From NCBI RefSeq assembly GCF_001194135.2, contig NC_068989.1, forward strand, positions 2,277,830-2,341,829: a stretch of 64,000 nt of DNA, in the 5' to 3' direction. Within the stretch, counting starts at the first letter, position 1; each line of letters starts with the position of its first letter. Shown here piece by piece: positions 50,652-63,184 of this stretch. A program made the position numbers and the translations under genes. Source of the stretch: Octopus bimaculoides. Lineage: Eukaryota. The notes under the pieces were generated by a model. The model ran no database searches. It saw only the letters and a program-made list of their open reading frames with translations, and was not told the origin of the DNA.

Positions 50652-51555
50652 CATACATACACATACATACATACATACATACATACATACACATACATAC
50701 ATACATACATATACATATATATATACACATGCGCAACACACTCACGTTCAGGCATATCTATGACATTACTATTATCCTCGTTACATGCAATATAGTGAAT
50801 GTTTCCTTTTATGTAATTACATAAACATGCATGAGTTTGTTTATGTTGTTGTTTTTTTATTTGACTTAAACTGTTAACATACTGGTAATGTGTCTGTTAC
50901 ATGCTCTATTTCAGATACTAAAAACAGATTAATTCAACTTAATCGCCATAAGTAGAAAATAAATGGTTTGCATTTGAACAAATATGACACTTAAATAAGA
51001 CATCGGTTGTAATGAATATATTCTTTATTAGTATTTTGTCAGAGATTTTTATATAGTGTGTCACTTTCTATGGTAACAGTCATCAATCAAAATTTGTTGC
51101 CTCAGATGGCATGTTGCAAATGTGGCAACAAATAACATCGTTATCAATGTAATTAATAAGTTTAAGGATTGTTTTCGCTATGGTAGTATTTTACCTTAAT
51201 TTGTTTATTTTATTTGTTGCTTGTGGTTGCATTTACGTTTTAATTTTGACCACGATAAATATGTTATTAATAATCGGTAAAAACACAATTGGAGCTCCAA
51301 TGAGAAGTAAAACCCTGTTTAAACCGCTTGCATATTCAGTACGGTCAATATGACAAACAAAATTCCATGTGTGTTTGTGTATTTATGTGTATGTGAGTGC
51401 TTTTGTCTGTGGCCATGTCTGCTTGTGTGTGGTATGTGTGTATGTACTTGTGTATATTTTTGTGTGTACGTGTGTGTGTGAACAATAAAATCGTCTTAAC
51501 TCTGCTAGGTCAGTACAAGTAATGTATATATACATACATACATGCATACATACAT

Positions 51556-51646
<91 letters not shown>

Positions 51647-51649
<3 letters not shown>

Positions 51650-51835
51650 GAGAATATACAAATAATAACAACAGACGAGGACAGGTGGTGTAAATAACAA
51701 AAGTATATATTAGTATGACGCTCGGGAATACGGAAAGTCTTTGACGTTTCGAGCTACGCTCTTCAACAGAAAGAATACGGAGACAAGGAGAAAAATACGG
51801 AGAAAAAAAAATTGAATAGTGTTCAGTCAACGGTC
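51647..51835 (-). mobile_element. PLE-type 3' terminal repeat carrying a minimal hammerhead (51738-51774)
   Basis: The minus strand reads TCTTT-CTGTTGAA-GAGC-GTA-GCTC-GAAAC-GTC-AAAGA. It is homologous to 25262-25455. Confidence 0.78.
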
Positions 51836-52499
51836 AATCATATATATATGTATGTATGTATCATTATATGGTTGTACAATCTGCTAGAAATAACAGAGCT
51901 AGATATTCCTTTCTCACAAAGGCAATATAAGACTTAGACAAAGAAAAAGTCGGAACAGTGCATTTTAGAACTGATCTAAAATCAACAGTTCCAACTCAAC
52001 ACGCAATCACATATTTTAAAATAATTACCTCGTAGTGCAACGAAATATTTCATTAACAAAAGACACAAAGAAGCAAGAGAAATACCGCCAGAATCATTGA
52101 AATAAATCCATACTTCACCACGCTGTCGATATATCATATATCCCCCCTTCACATGCTTTCTTAATATTACGGCATAATGCACCAACAGGGCCAGCCACGT
52201 GTACTTGTTGATATGGTGGAAACGTGGAGGAAAGTGTTGAAAACAAAATAATGAAATTAACAAAATGGAGAATGCTAAGCTCCGAGGCCAGACATGTGTG
52301 TTGGGAGGAAAATTATAGAGTTAATTAAATTAACGTTTGTACTTAAATCGCATGCATTTTAGAGAAACTTGCCGGAAGGATGAACAGCAAAGTGGATCAT
52401 CCAATCACGCTTCTAACTCAGATCGAACGACAATGGAAATGTACACCATGAGGTATTTACTTCGATAATCTATTAATTGTGACGACAATGATGAAAGAT

Positions 52500-52525
52500 G
52501 GTTGTGGTGGTGGTGGCGGTGGCAT

Positions 52526-52577
<52 letters not shown>

Positions 52578-52920
52578 GATTAAGAGGAGAAAAATCATGA
52601 TGAAGAACAAGAAATTGAAGATTAGGATGATGAAGAAGAGGATGATGAAGGAGAGGATAGTATTAATGATGATGATGTGACGATGATGATGATGATAAGG
52701 CCAGTAATGGTGGTGATGGTGATAATGACGCTGATTATGATGAGGATGCCGACGACGACGGCGAATACGATAATGACAAAAACGGTAATGATGATGATTA
52801 TGATGATGATGAAAAAATAAAGTTAAAGACGGCAAAGTTGCTCTTAATAACTTTGAAAACGACTTATGAGTGTTAGTGATGTTGTTATTGTTTTTGTTGT
52901 TGTTGATGCTTTTGTTGTAG
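52500..52920. repeat. (GAT)n-rich low-complexity tract
   Basis: Seen directly. It is the source of the poly-M, poly-I and poly-H ORFs. Confidence 0.95.
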
Positions 52921-53249
52921 TTCAAGTTCGGATCAGTTTTGATTGAGTAGACCTATGAGGAAAGAAGAATGAGATGTGATCTTTACAACGCGTCATCAAT
53001 CAGAATTTATTCCAGTATGCATTATCCACTCTGTCTTTCCCTGTTTTTACTACAACCGGTTGTAATTTGAGAGATATGTATGTAGATGCTGTCTCTAGTA
53101 GGTCTTTCTAGTCGTATTGACACGCACAAACAGACCCCTTTCACTATAAACACTTCATGACAAACTTTATTAATCGAAGAATTAAATAACAGGCTTTCAT
53201 ACTAAAGTTTGAAAGGATTCAATTTATTTAAGAAATTAGAAAACGAAGA

Positions 53250-53533
53250 GCTGCGCGCTGAACATGGTAGAGTCACCTGTTGGAAGCAAGAGATAAGGGT
53301 CCCGCATCTTGTTTCTGAACAACCTGCACAAACGATTTGCTTATAGTGATCAAATATTTGTGTTGTACATCAGTTTATTCTCTTCATCAGATCGTCATTA
53401 CCTGTACAGGTACCAGTTGTGCCACACGTCAGATATTGAAGTGAAATGAGATGTTTTGCACAAGCAAGCAACGCACTGCTCACTCTGGAATTCGAAACCG
53501 CGATCTCGCGTGTAACACTCTAACCACTACGCA
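53250..53533 (-). mobile_element. Degenerate tRNA-derived SINE (D-related)
   Basis: The minus head reads GCGTAGTGGTTAGAGTGTTACACGCGAGATCGCGGTTTCGAATTCCAGAGTGAGCAGTGCGTTGCTTGCTTGTGCAAAACATCTCATTTCAC. Confidence 0.7.
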
Positions 53534-54957
53534 ATGAACTTCATCTTAAAGACACGTGACTTGGATACCATAAAATATGATGTCCTCCGATCTACTCTTT
53601 ACGTCATCCAACTCGTTATAAATGTTCTTCGTTGCACCATCGAACCGACCAACGGTCCCTACGATTTTCCTTGATAAGCACTGTGGGGTGTAAAATTTAT
53701 GCAGGAGAATAAAACACGAAATTTTCCCGTTTTTTCCTTTTTTTTTTTTTTGTTTGGATGTTTTTCACGGAGTATCAACTTGTCGAATATGGTAATCCAG
53801 TAAGGTGGCGAAATACCAATTTCTTTATTGCCCACAGGGGGCCAAACATAGAATGGTACAAAACAACTGATTGGGATCAGTAATGCGAATTGTTTACATA
53901 AATATGACTTTAAAAATTTTATAAAATATAAAAAATCGAATGATATTAACAGTACGTTAGACAACACAAATGAAGCGATGATCAGGCCACGCTCCGACCC
54001 CACAAGCCCCAATCTATCGCTGGCACTTTTTTTCTTCTTTTTTTCTGACTATTCACACGGTTCCTTGCACGCACAACACTCGTGCAACATGCTTCCATCT
54101 CTTTTGGAACGTACACTCCGACAGACATCTCCTCTCCAGTAAAGTGGCGAAACACCGCGAAGCATTTCGCCAGCTCGCCACCCTTATTAAAGCTGCAAAA
54201 TTATCAAAGAATTGTTAATCAGAGTTTTACGTTGCCGTTCGTCGGACGATTGGGATGAAAACTTAATTAAGGTTGTTCAGGTACATGTAATGTAATGTGA
54301 TATAATTCAAATACGCGAATGAGCATTTAAATTTAATTGGATGATTGTTTTCAAAACGTAACCGTTAATAGTTGTGTCTTTGGTGGGGGTCGAAAATTGG
54401 CAGTGATATATACGTAAATATGATAAGACCGAAAAAGCTTACATAAAACGTGGGTAGTCCAGAAAAATAGTTAATTAATTAATTGATCATAATTGGTTAA
54501 TTTTGAAGTAGGATCGCAAGACGGGTGTTAAAAAGAATATGATAAGAAAAATGTGATATTAATAGTGAATATACAGTTTATGAGTACTTTACGGAAAATA
54601 TATAAACAAAATACGTAGAGATACATATATTGTATATTTGAGCACTTTTTTTTTCAACCATGTTTTGCACTTATGTACTCACTAGTGTGCTTCTGTATGT
54701 GTGTGTATATATATATATATATATTTGTATGTATGTATACATGAACAGATATACATACATTTATATGTGTGTATATTTATATATATATATATTCAAATAA
54801 ATGGATTTCAGTTGAAATCCGTTTTTTTATACAATAAGTACTTGTTCGGCTGCCAGCCCGGTCTTCGCTTCTCGTCATGCCGAGAAAAAGCAAATTGACA
54901 AACATATCGGCTGCTCTCTGACAAATTTATAATACCGCTTATCTATTCAACTCTAAG

Positions 54958-55016
<59 letters not shown>

Positions 55017-55357
55017 TCTCTCCTCAAATTTGTGGTATCGTGTCTTCCTTAAAGATCAATATCTATTTTTGAGAAATACAAATATTATCGAAAATACACT
55101 GACGTCTGTTAAAATAGTTCAGAGAAAGTAGTTGAGGATAGTGAACTACTTTCTTAGTTATAAATATGGCTAGGCCTTTCATTTCATATACAACTACTTG
55201 GAAAACCGTCATCAACAGATTATTTATGCAGTTACGAGTCAGAACCTCCGACCCCAGCCCCCAGGAGTGTTTAAAATTGAAAGACTTAGCGTAAGGGAAA
55301 CAATTCTAATAGCATCAGTCGACATTTTGGATAGCGTAGACGGTGTAGAATTGCATT

Positions 55358-55570
55358 GGCGAGTTGGCAGAATCGTAGCGCATCGGACAAAATGCTTAGC
55401 AGCATTTCTTCCGGTTCTTTATGTTCTGAATTCAGATCCTGCCGAAGCCAAATTTGCCTTTCATCCTCTTGCAGGTCGATAAAATAAATACAAAACACGT
55501 ACTAGTGTCAATGCTATCGACGAATATTTCCCACTACAGCGGTTGGCCTTCTGCCCAGATTAGAAAGAAT
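55358..55570 (+). mobile_element. SINE family A, near full length
   Basis: GGCGAGTTGGCAGAATCGTAGC...AAATGCTTAGCAGCATTTC...TTTGCCTTTCATCCTCTTGCAGGTCGATAAAATAAATAC...TAGAAAGAAT. Confidence 0.85.
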
Positions 55571-56524
55571 TACAGACATTTATAATATAATCTTGTATAC
55601 GACTTCAAAACACTGATGTCTGTATCCTGTGGTTGAAAAGAAAATGTTCATCTTGTAATGTGCCGCGTTTATGAGCAAGTTATATATTGCAGATATAAAC
55701 GACTCTGAGGGTCTCTGGAGATCGACATAACTATAAAAAAAATGACACTTGCAGATATGTAAAATTATGTTTGGTTCACTCTGTCTTAATCACCTATTTT
55801 TAGGTCTTTAATTATTGGAAACCTGTCAAATAGTTTACTGAATCAACAGCACATCGACAGTGACATATGAACCTGTTCAAGGCAGCTCCATGTCAGTCTA
55901 AGATGGCTTCATAGAATATATTTTCCATGTCATTTTCTTAATGAATTTATAGTACTGGTTCACGGAAAGCACCACAGATTTTAATAATTCAAACTTGGAA
56001 ATTTGGCGACTTGTCAAATATACTGGATCCCCGTGAGACTGTTATGTTTCGATGTACAATTAGTCGGGGATAATGAGAAAATATTGATGAAATATAAAGT
56101 TCTAAAGTTTAGTATTATGGCTTTACGGTGTAAGTCATATAAGTTTCAGTTTCCTTTCAGCACCGGTGCCACATTCATGGAGTAAACCTATGATGATAAA
56201 GGACGTCGATAAATAACCTTACAGGTTTTTTTTTTAGCAATAATATTGTACAATGTAACATTCTTTAAGACGACAGGATTGGATTTGTGGCAAATTGGTT
56301 GCTATGTTAGCAGGTTGAACGCATCGACAGTCCTCAGTGTCTTAAAGAACATTTGGTTGGTTAAATATTTAATTGTATTCATTTATAAATCACAGACGCT
56401 TTATATTGTGGCCGTCCTGTCTTTGTTTCAATGTCTCAACGTCTATCTTAGCCTTCGATCAAAGCAATGTGCAGACAATGCTGACCGGCATTCAAACAAC
56501 AACGACTACTAATACAAAATGTAC

Positions 56525-56965
56525 AGATATGATCTCTCTCTCTCTCTCACACACATACGCACTCACTCTCTCTGTCTGTTTTTCTCTCATACACATACGT
56601 TCACACTCATCCTCTCTCTCTCTCTCTCTCTTTCTCTCTGTCACACAGACATACACACTATCTGTTTGTTTTTCTCTCTCTCTTACACACTCTCACACTC
56701 ACTCTCACACTCTCTGTCTTACTCTCTCTTTCTCACCCTCTCTCCTCTCTCTCACGCATACACACACTCATTTTGTCTGTTTTTCTCTCTCTCACACACA
56801 CACTCGCACACTCATACTCTCACACTCACACTCTCACACACTCTCTCTCCCTCTCTTACTCTCTTTCTCTCACACACATACACACACTCATTTTGTTTGT
56901 TTTTCTCTCTCTCACCCGCACACTCTCTCCCTCTCTCACTCTCTCTCACTGTCTCACTCGTTCGT
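56525..56965. repeat. CT/CA low-complexity tract with a higher-order repeat
   Basis: The motif ACACACTCATTTTGT(C/T)TGTTTTTCTCTCTCTCAC recurs at about 56760 and 56880, with looser copies at about 56555 and 56650. Confidence 0.85.
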
Positions 56966-57056
56966 CACACATCTCACCCTGTTACGTGCCGGCGAAGCTT
57001 CCACACACCGTTACCTCCATTTTGTAATGAGGACAACTGAAATCGTCCTCATTCCA

Positions 57057-57190
57057 TCGCCTTAAAGAATTTTAGTCGAACTAATCGAACCCAGGAGTTA
57101 TTATTTGTAAGCCTAGTACTTATTCTATCGGTCTCTCATGCCGAAGCGTTAAGTTACGGGGAGGTAAACACACCAACATCGAACACCCGT

Positions 57191-57236
<46 letters not shown>

Positions 57237-57398
57237 CGACGTGGTTCTTTCATTTTCCGTCTGCCAAATCCACTCACAAGGTTTTGGTAGGCCCGAGGCT
57301 TTAGTAGAAGTCACTTGCCCAAGGTGCCACGCAGTAGGACTGAACCCGGAACCATGTGGTTGGTAAGCAAACTTCTTACCACGCAGCCACTTCGGCGC
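57057..57398 (-). mobile_element. SINE family B with an internal (TA)/(TG) microsatellite
   Basis: Head at 57235-57398, microsatellite at about 57190-57237, and 3' body at 57057-57185 (AAGCCTAGTACTTATTCTATCGGTCTC...AAGTTACGGGGAGGTAAACACACC). Confidence 0.88.
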
Positions 57399-57467
57399 TT
57401 TTATATATATATATATAGATAGATAGATAGATAGATACATACATACATACATACATACACATATAAG

Positions 57468-57600
57468 AGACGGGTTTCTTTCACTTTCCGTCTAACATCC
57501 ACTCACAAGACTTTGGTCGGCCCGAGACTGATTCCACGCAACAGAACTGAACCCGTCACGATGTGTTTGGGAAGCAAGCCTCTTGCCACACAGCCACACC
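57468..57600 (-). mobile_element. SINE family B, head with a small deletion
   Basis: GACGGGTTTCTTTCACTTTCCGTCTAACATCCACTCACAAGACTTTGGTCGGCCCGAG...ACTGAACCCG...CCACACAGCCAC. Confidence 0.85.
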
Positions 57601-57936
57601 TGTGATTAAACGTTCCAGATCTCACAGCAATGACCTATATAAGAATAATTACCTTGCTCTAATTAATATTTACCTTAATAAATTTAAATTGTCAATATGT
57701 ATTTTACATTTATTCACTGACTTTTTTAAGGAAGGATATAATTATAAAATTATTATTCGTTTCTTTCAATTAGATTTTATTTTCTTTGTTTATGCATTTT
57801 TACTTTCAATTAATTCTGATTAGACTCATTAATTCGCTAATTTCCCGACTAATAGATTAATTCTACGTAAAAGCTTATTGGGAAGATCTCCATAATGTTA
57901 TCTGTTTTTGATGTTTAATACCGTTTCCGAAAATGT

Positions 57937-57965
57937 TATCGTCGTCGTCGTCGTCGTCGTCGTCG

Positions 57966-58021
<56 letters not shown>

Positions 58022-58330
58022 GCAGTTGGTGAGTGAGGTAATCACAAATTACGTACGGAATTTTGATAATTGTTTCAGCTTAGAGATTCATACTTATGCT
58101 AATATTAAAATTCTCAACATCATCATCACCATCTTTTCTTTTCTCCTCCTCCTCCTCCTTTTTCTTCTTCTCCCCTCCTTTTTCATCAACTTCATCTTCT
58201 ACTGGTGTTGTAGCTTCTCTCTTGTTCGTTCGATCATATGCACTTGTACTCAATATCATCATCACCGTCATCATCATCATCATCATCCTCATCATCATCA
58301 TTGTCGCTGTTGTTGTTGTTGCTGTTGTTC
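57937..58330. repeat. (TCG)n/(TTG)n and (CAT)n/(CCT)n trinucleotide tracts
   Basis: Seen directly. Confidence 0.95.
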
Positions 58331-58527
58331 CTATTATATATTAATGTGTCATTATTCGCTTTCGCCCAGCACAGAGTACTTTTTTCCTAAACTTCAAATC
58401 AATAGGAATGTAGTCGATAAAAATATAGAAAATAATGCTTTTGCAGCAAAACTTTGTAACCAGGGAACTAAGTATTCTTCCTGCTCAACCTATTAACGAG
58501 AAAGGAAAAAAAATATACATGTAGCGA

Positions 58528-58757
58528 AGGCGGATGGCTCAGTGGTTAGAACGTCGAGCTTATGATCGTGACGTTCAATCTCCAGACCCGGCTGCGTGTT
58601 GTGTTCTTGAGCAAGACACTTTATTTCACGTTGCTCCTGTTAACTCAGCTGTAGAAATGAGTTGCGATGTCACTAGTGTCAAGCTGTATCGACCTCTTTG
58701 TCTTTCCCTTGGATAACATTAATGGTGTGGATGTGGGAGGCCGGTATGCATGGGCGA
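58528..58757 (+). mobile_element. tRNA-derived SINE family D
   Basis: GGATGGCTCAGTGGTTAGAACGTCGAGCTTATGATCGTGACGTTCAATCTCC...GTTGTGTTCTTGAGCAAGACACTTTATTTCACGTTGCTCCTGTTAACTCAGCTGTAGAAATGAGTTGCG. Confidence 0.88.
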
Positions 58758-59880
58758 CGTCCTTGTACCCCATTCGGTCCTAGGTATTTCTAGTTTAGGA
58801 TCTTCGTTGTCTGTTCGGTTACCATTTCAGTCGTTATTCTAATATTTTCTCTGTTTCACTTAATATTTTTCCGATCTTATTTCATTCAACCATTCATCAT
58901 CTTTCTTATGCTTTTTTCCATTATCCCAGATGTTACGCCGAAACATTTTACTTTCTTCAGCGTCTGGTCTCTCACTACTGTTAACCTTTCCATTCAGCTG
59001 TTGATAAACCTTTTTCTAATCTTGTTGGCAGAATCTGTTGATTTTATTTGGTTCAATTCTTTGGTCATATTTCTTGATCATTGTCTCTTCAGCTCTTCAA
59101 GACCTGCAATTAGCCCCGTTTTTTAAAAATCTTATATCTGCGTTTCTAGTTCCTTATATTTCTCCTCCCTCTTGCCTCTTGCTTTTACTTTGTTTCTTCC
59201 CTTCCAAGATGTTAATACGTCTTCGTAGTTCGTTCATTGACTGTTTTATTCTTCTTTTCCAGCAAGTTACGGTTTGGTTCAAGGCCTACTTTATTTCCTA
59301 TATAGATGAAGCAAGATTTAATCAATCTATTCATTCCAGTTATATTTTCTGTCTTGGTCTCTTTCAATATTACATTCACTTCAAGTGGCCACCCCCTGAG
59401 CAAATTTCTATCTACGTTCCTCAATCCATTTATTTCCCTATCCAGGTTATCCTCAGTGATACTAGTAATGTCTTCAATCATTCCTTTGTCTTGGTTATTC
59501 AGTCCTTCTCTACACTCAGGGCTTCAGACATTATACATTATACTTCTCCTGGATACTCTCATTAAGTGCAGCCTCGTTAGCGTTCTCATTATCTACTTCT
59601 GCATCGCCCCCCGTGTTTTTGCTGATCATCCTCCTCGTATTCTCATCAATCTCTAGTACTGTTAGCCATCCTTTCTTCCTTATTGCTCTTACCTGGTCAG
59701 AGAGTCTCTGTTCTGTAATATGCATCCTCTTTCTATAACCTCTCATGAGTCACCCTTCATTATCAGTGGGTCTGCTCAAAAAATAACATTCCATGACAGC
59801 TTTCTTCATAAACTTAGTCCATTTAGTTCTAACAGCCATATACTGACGACCGGGGATATGCTACTCACCCACAGGGTACC
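58755..59880 (-). pseudogene. Non-LTR retrotransposon 5' ORF fossil, R4/Dong-like
   Basis: The minus strand reads RTKWTKFMKKAVMECYFLSRP...RGYRKRMH..TEQRLSDQVRAIRKKGWL, then GLRNVDRNLL..EVNVILKETKTENIT..NRLI. It continues KKVYQQLNGK...PDAEESK and ends GPNGVQG (the PGPDGVQG motif at the start of RT). It is truncated there. The clade call is from memory of these motifs. Confidence 0.75.
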
Positions 59881-60076
59881 TGATGGGTGAAAGTCCGTCA
59901 CCTGTGGTTCCATCCGCATTTACGCCGTTGTTTGTGTTAATTCATTACTCTCATGCAGAAGAAAGTGTTGATAAGGTGTCTCAACCACCAGTATTTTTAC
60001 CGAGGCACCATCTCTATAGAGGCTTCTCTAAAAAGACTCAAAGAGACCCTTCTCTCTTTAGAAGTTTATTATTATA

Positions 60077-60545
60077 AAACATCCCTGAAAGTTTCATCCG
60101 AATCCATCCAACGGTTCTTGAGATAGCTTGTCCATGATCATCAAACAAACACGACTGAAAACAATACCTCCGCCTTCGCTATTCATTTAAAAATTCCTGG
60201 GTAGAACTTATTATTATTACCTCCGCCTTTGAAACTGTTTTGAATGGTGAATTGGTTAACTTTCGCTTGTATTAGATAAGGATAACCTATTTGTTACTAA
60301 ATTTTCTACAGCTACCTTCACATTCCATGACTACCATTGGGCTCGATCAAGTAACGGACAAGGATTCTGGATTATTTTTCCGGTTTTTTTAAACTTAATT
60401 TTTAAGCGCGGTCAGATTCAGTTTTGGTATTCTCGTTTGTGAGAGGAGACGAGTTTACTTCAGATATTCTCTTTTTAAAAATCATCTCTGGCTAATCGTT
60501 GAGAAGACTTTCGTATTGCCTTGGCAGAGGTTTGCGCTCTCTATT
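60077..60545. mobile_element. HINE/DINE-1-like repeat fragments (minus 60077-60185; plus 60207-60545, interrupted)
   Basis: Subterminal inverted motifs ATTACCTCCGCC at about 60215, ATACCTCCGCC at about 60165, and TTGGCAGAGGTTTGCGCTCT at about 60520-60540. The core is shared with 9479-9650. Confidence 0.6.
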
Positions 60546-61394
60546 TGGAAGAACTACACGGGGATTTAGGGACACCTTAAAAGCAGATTTGCAAGAATAT
60601 GGGCTTCGATTAATGGCCTAATCATACATGGTTATGCATCATCGCCGTTGAATCGGTTTCAAAGTTGACCATTAATGTATTCTTTAACAGATATGATTCT
60701 AACTCGCTTCTACAAAGCGTAATAATAGTAATTTAGTATTCCTAAATCGACTATTAGTCGATAATTGCCATTTTAGCAAAGGAAAAATTATGTGAGGTTT
60801 CTTATGTTCTATCCAGTGGTTTATCTGGACGCTGAAGTTTCATTGTAAGTCTACATTATCATTTACTAAGACAGGTGGATTATCACATATTTACAAAACG
60901 TGTTTTTCCTCTCAAGAATTGAAAATGAGTGCGCAGATGTACATAAAGCTTTAGAATACTACTGTACATCGACATACATATATATGTGTGTGCGTGCGCG
61001 TGTGAGTGTAAAGTAACGGGTATCTCAATGATCGTGGCAAATATCTCAGTAGCACAGCAATGTGTATTTGTCCAACACGGTACTCTGGAGGAATAACAGT
61101 CATATTTCCAATGTATCATCCAGTCAACAGAACAAACCAGGCAATATTATGTAGTTAAATGATATTAAGAACTTCGTAAATCTGATGTGTGTAGCAACAC
61201 AATGAAGCACATTTAATGCGGTACAAACATAATAACAGAATATGAATAGCGTGGATTTTGTTGAATTATGCAACTCATGTTTCCATAGCAGTTCTTCATT
61301 AATGTGTTATGTACTGTAAAATTATGTAAAAGCGATGGTATGGAAACTTAGTAGCCGAACTTCAACAAAAATACACTGCATTCATATTTTTAAA

Positions 61395-61460
<66 letters not shown>

Positions 61461-62052
61461 CGTGTCCATGTGTGCGCATGTGTGTGTGTGTGAGTGCGTG
61501 TGTGTGTGTGTGAGTGTGTGTCAATATTTCATTTAGCTATAGCGATACTAACAACTTGGTATTAGAATATATATATATATCCTTCAAAAACCGTATAATC
61601 TAGACAACTACAATAAAACATTTACCATAAGTCTACAGAAATATCTCAGAACCAAAGAGTATCGATGCAAATAGCCAAATTCGGTGTTCCAACAAGTCAT
61701 TACTACCAGCTCCCAGGAATGTATTTAATATGTAAACTTTGTATATCTAGTAACGTTACAGCGTTGTATTTAGTCGCTGGCTGTCTAAGCAAAGACTTTG
61801 TGGAATGGTAAATACGCCAATTACACATTCTTCATCTTCGATCTCATTGTGGTTTACATTAAGCGTCGCGGGTACGAAAATACGAAACATTGTAACAAAT
61901 TCAGAAGTGGCCATTGTTTCTATTGGAAATCTGCAGAGGTAACTTGAACAAGTGATGGAAAAACACTGCTAACACAGTAGAACAGTTGATTTATAAAAAC
62001 GTTTAATATACTTTGTAGAGTGTATATAATGATAATATTAATGATAATATTA

Positions 62053-62102
<50 letters not shown>

Positions 62103-62285
62103 GTTGCTCTCGTTGCAACCACTTCTTCCTTTACTATTCATCTAACATTGTTTTATCCCTATTTATGTTTTGTAGATATTAAGCGAAAAGGATAACCAAT
62201 AGAAAACGAGAGAAATATTTTACTATTCAACTGTAAGTGACGATTCTTTGTTCTTTTATATAAACTTGTATATACATATAATATG

Positions 62286-62324
<39 letters not shown>

Positions 62325-62445
62325 TGGTCTTTCAGCTTGCGTGCTTATATTTATACAATACACACTCGCGCACTGATCCCACACGCATACATACACACAG
62401 ACGCCACACATAAACACGCACACGCACACGCACACACACACACAC

Positions 62446-62497
<52 letters not shown>

Positions 62498-63138
62498 ACA
62501 CAGAGATATATATGTCGTGCTAAGCAATTAGCAAGCAGGTCAATTCGAATATTCTATGTGATTGTAATTTTAAAATCACTTGATGTGCGCAGATTTTTTG
62601 TATGATGTAATCGAAGAATTCGCCAGCAAATATGCTGCTGAAACAGGTGTTGTAAAGTTCTTTTCTTATCCAAACACCATTCCTGGAACAATCCTGAGTT
62701 TGGATCAGCAACGTACATTGGATAAGTACTTGTGTGTGCATATATTTCTATGTATGCACGTGCATACATACATATATTTTTTCATATAAAATTAGTATAC
62801 ATTTAGACACAAAAAGAGGTGAGCCTTAACAGGTCGCCTTACATGCTAGAAGGAACAGTCGAAAAGTCCAAACCAAAGTTAAGAGCAATTTTGAAGGAAA
62901 TGAAAAATAAAGTCATTTACCATGTTTTACAGCCGAACCTTAGGTTTCGAACTTGAATTAGCAAATAAAATAAGTTACAAGTTCTCATCAGCGGGTACGC
63001 CAAACATTAACATATATATATGTGTGTGTGTGTGAATACACACACACAAACACATATATGTCATAATATATATAATATATAACATATATACATATATATG
63101 TGTGTATTTGTGTGTATGTAGGTATGCGTGTGTGTTTG

Positions 63139-63184
<46 letters not shown>

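Noticed and set aside
56025-56075. Minus-strand CCCGACTAA...CGAAAC...GTC hammerhead-like string
   Set aside because: Two core substitutions and no stem I adjacent to the core.
61015-61095. EGF-like YLNDRGKY...CICPTRYSG, with Tyr codons that A-to-I editing could turn into Cys
   Set aside because: The final Cys is missing, there is no credible acceptor and no linked exons; the editing idea has no support in the sequence.
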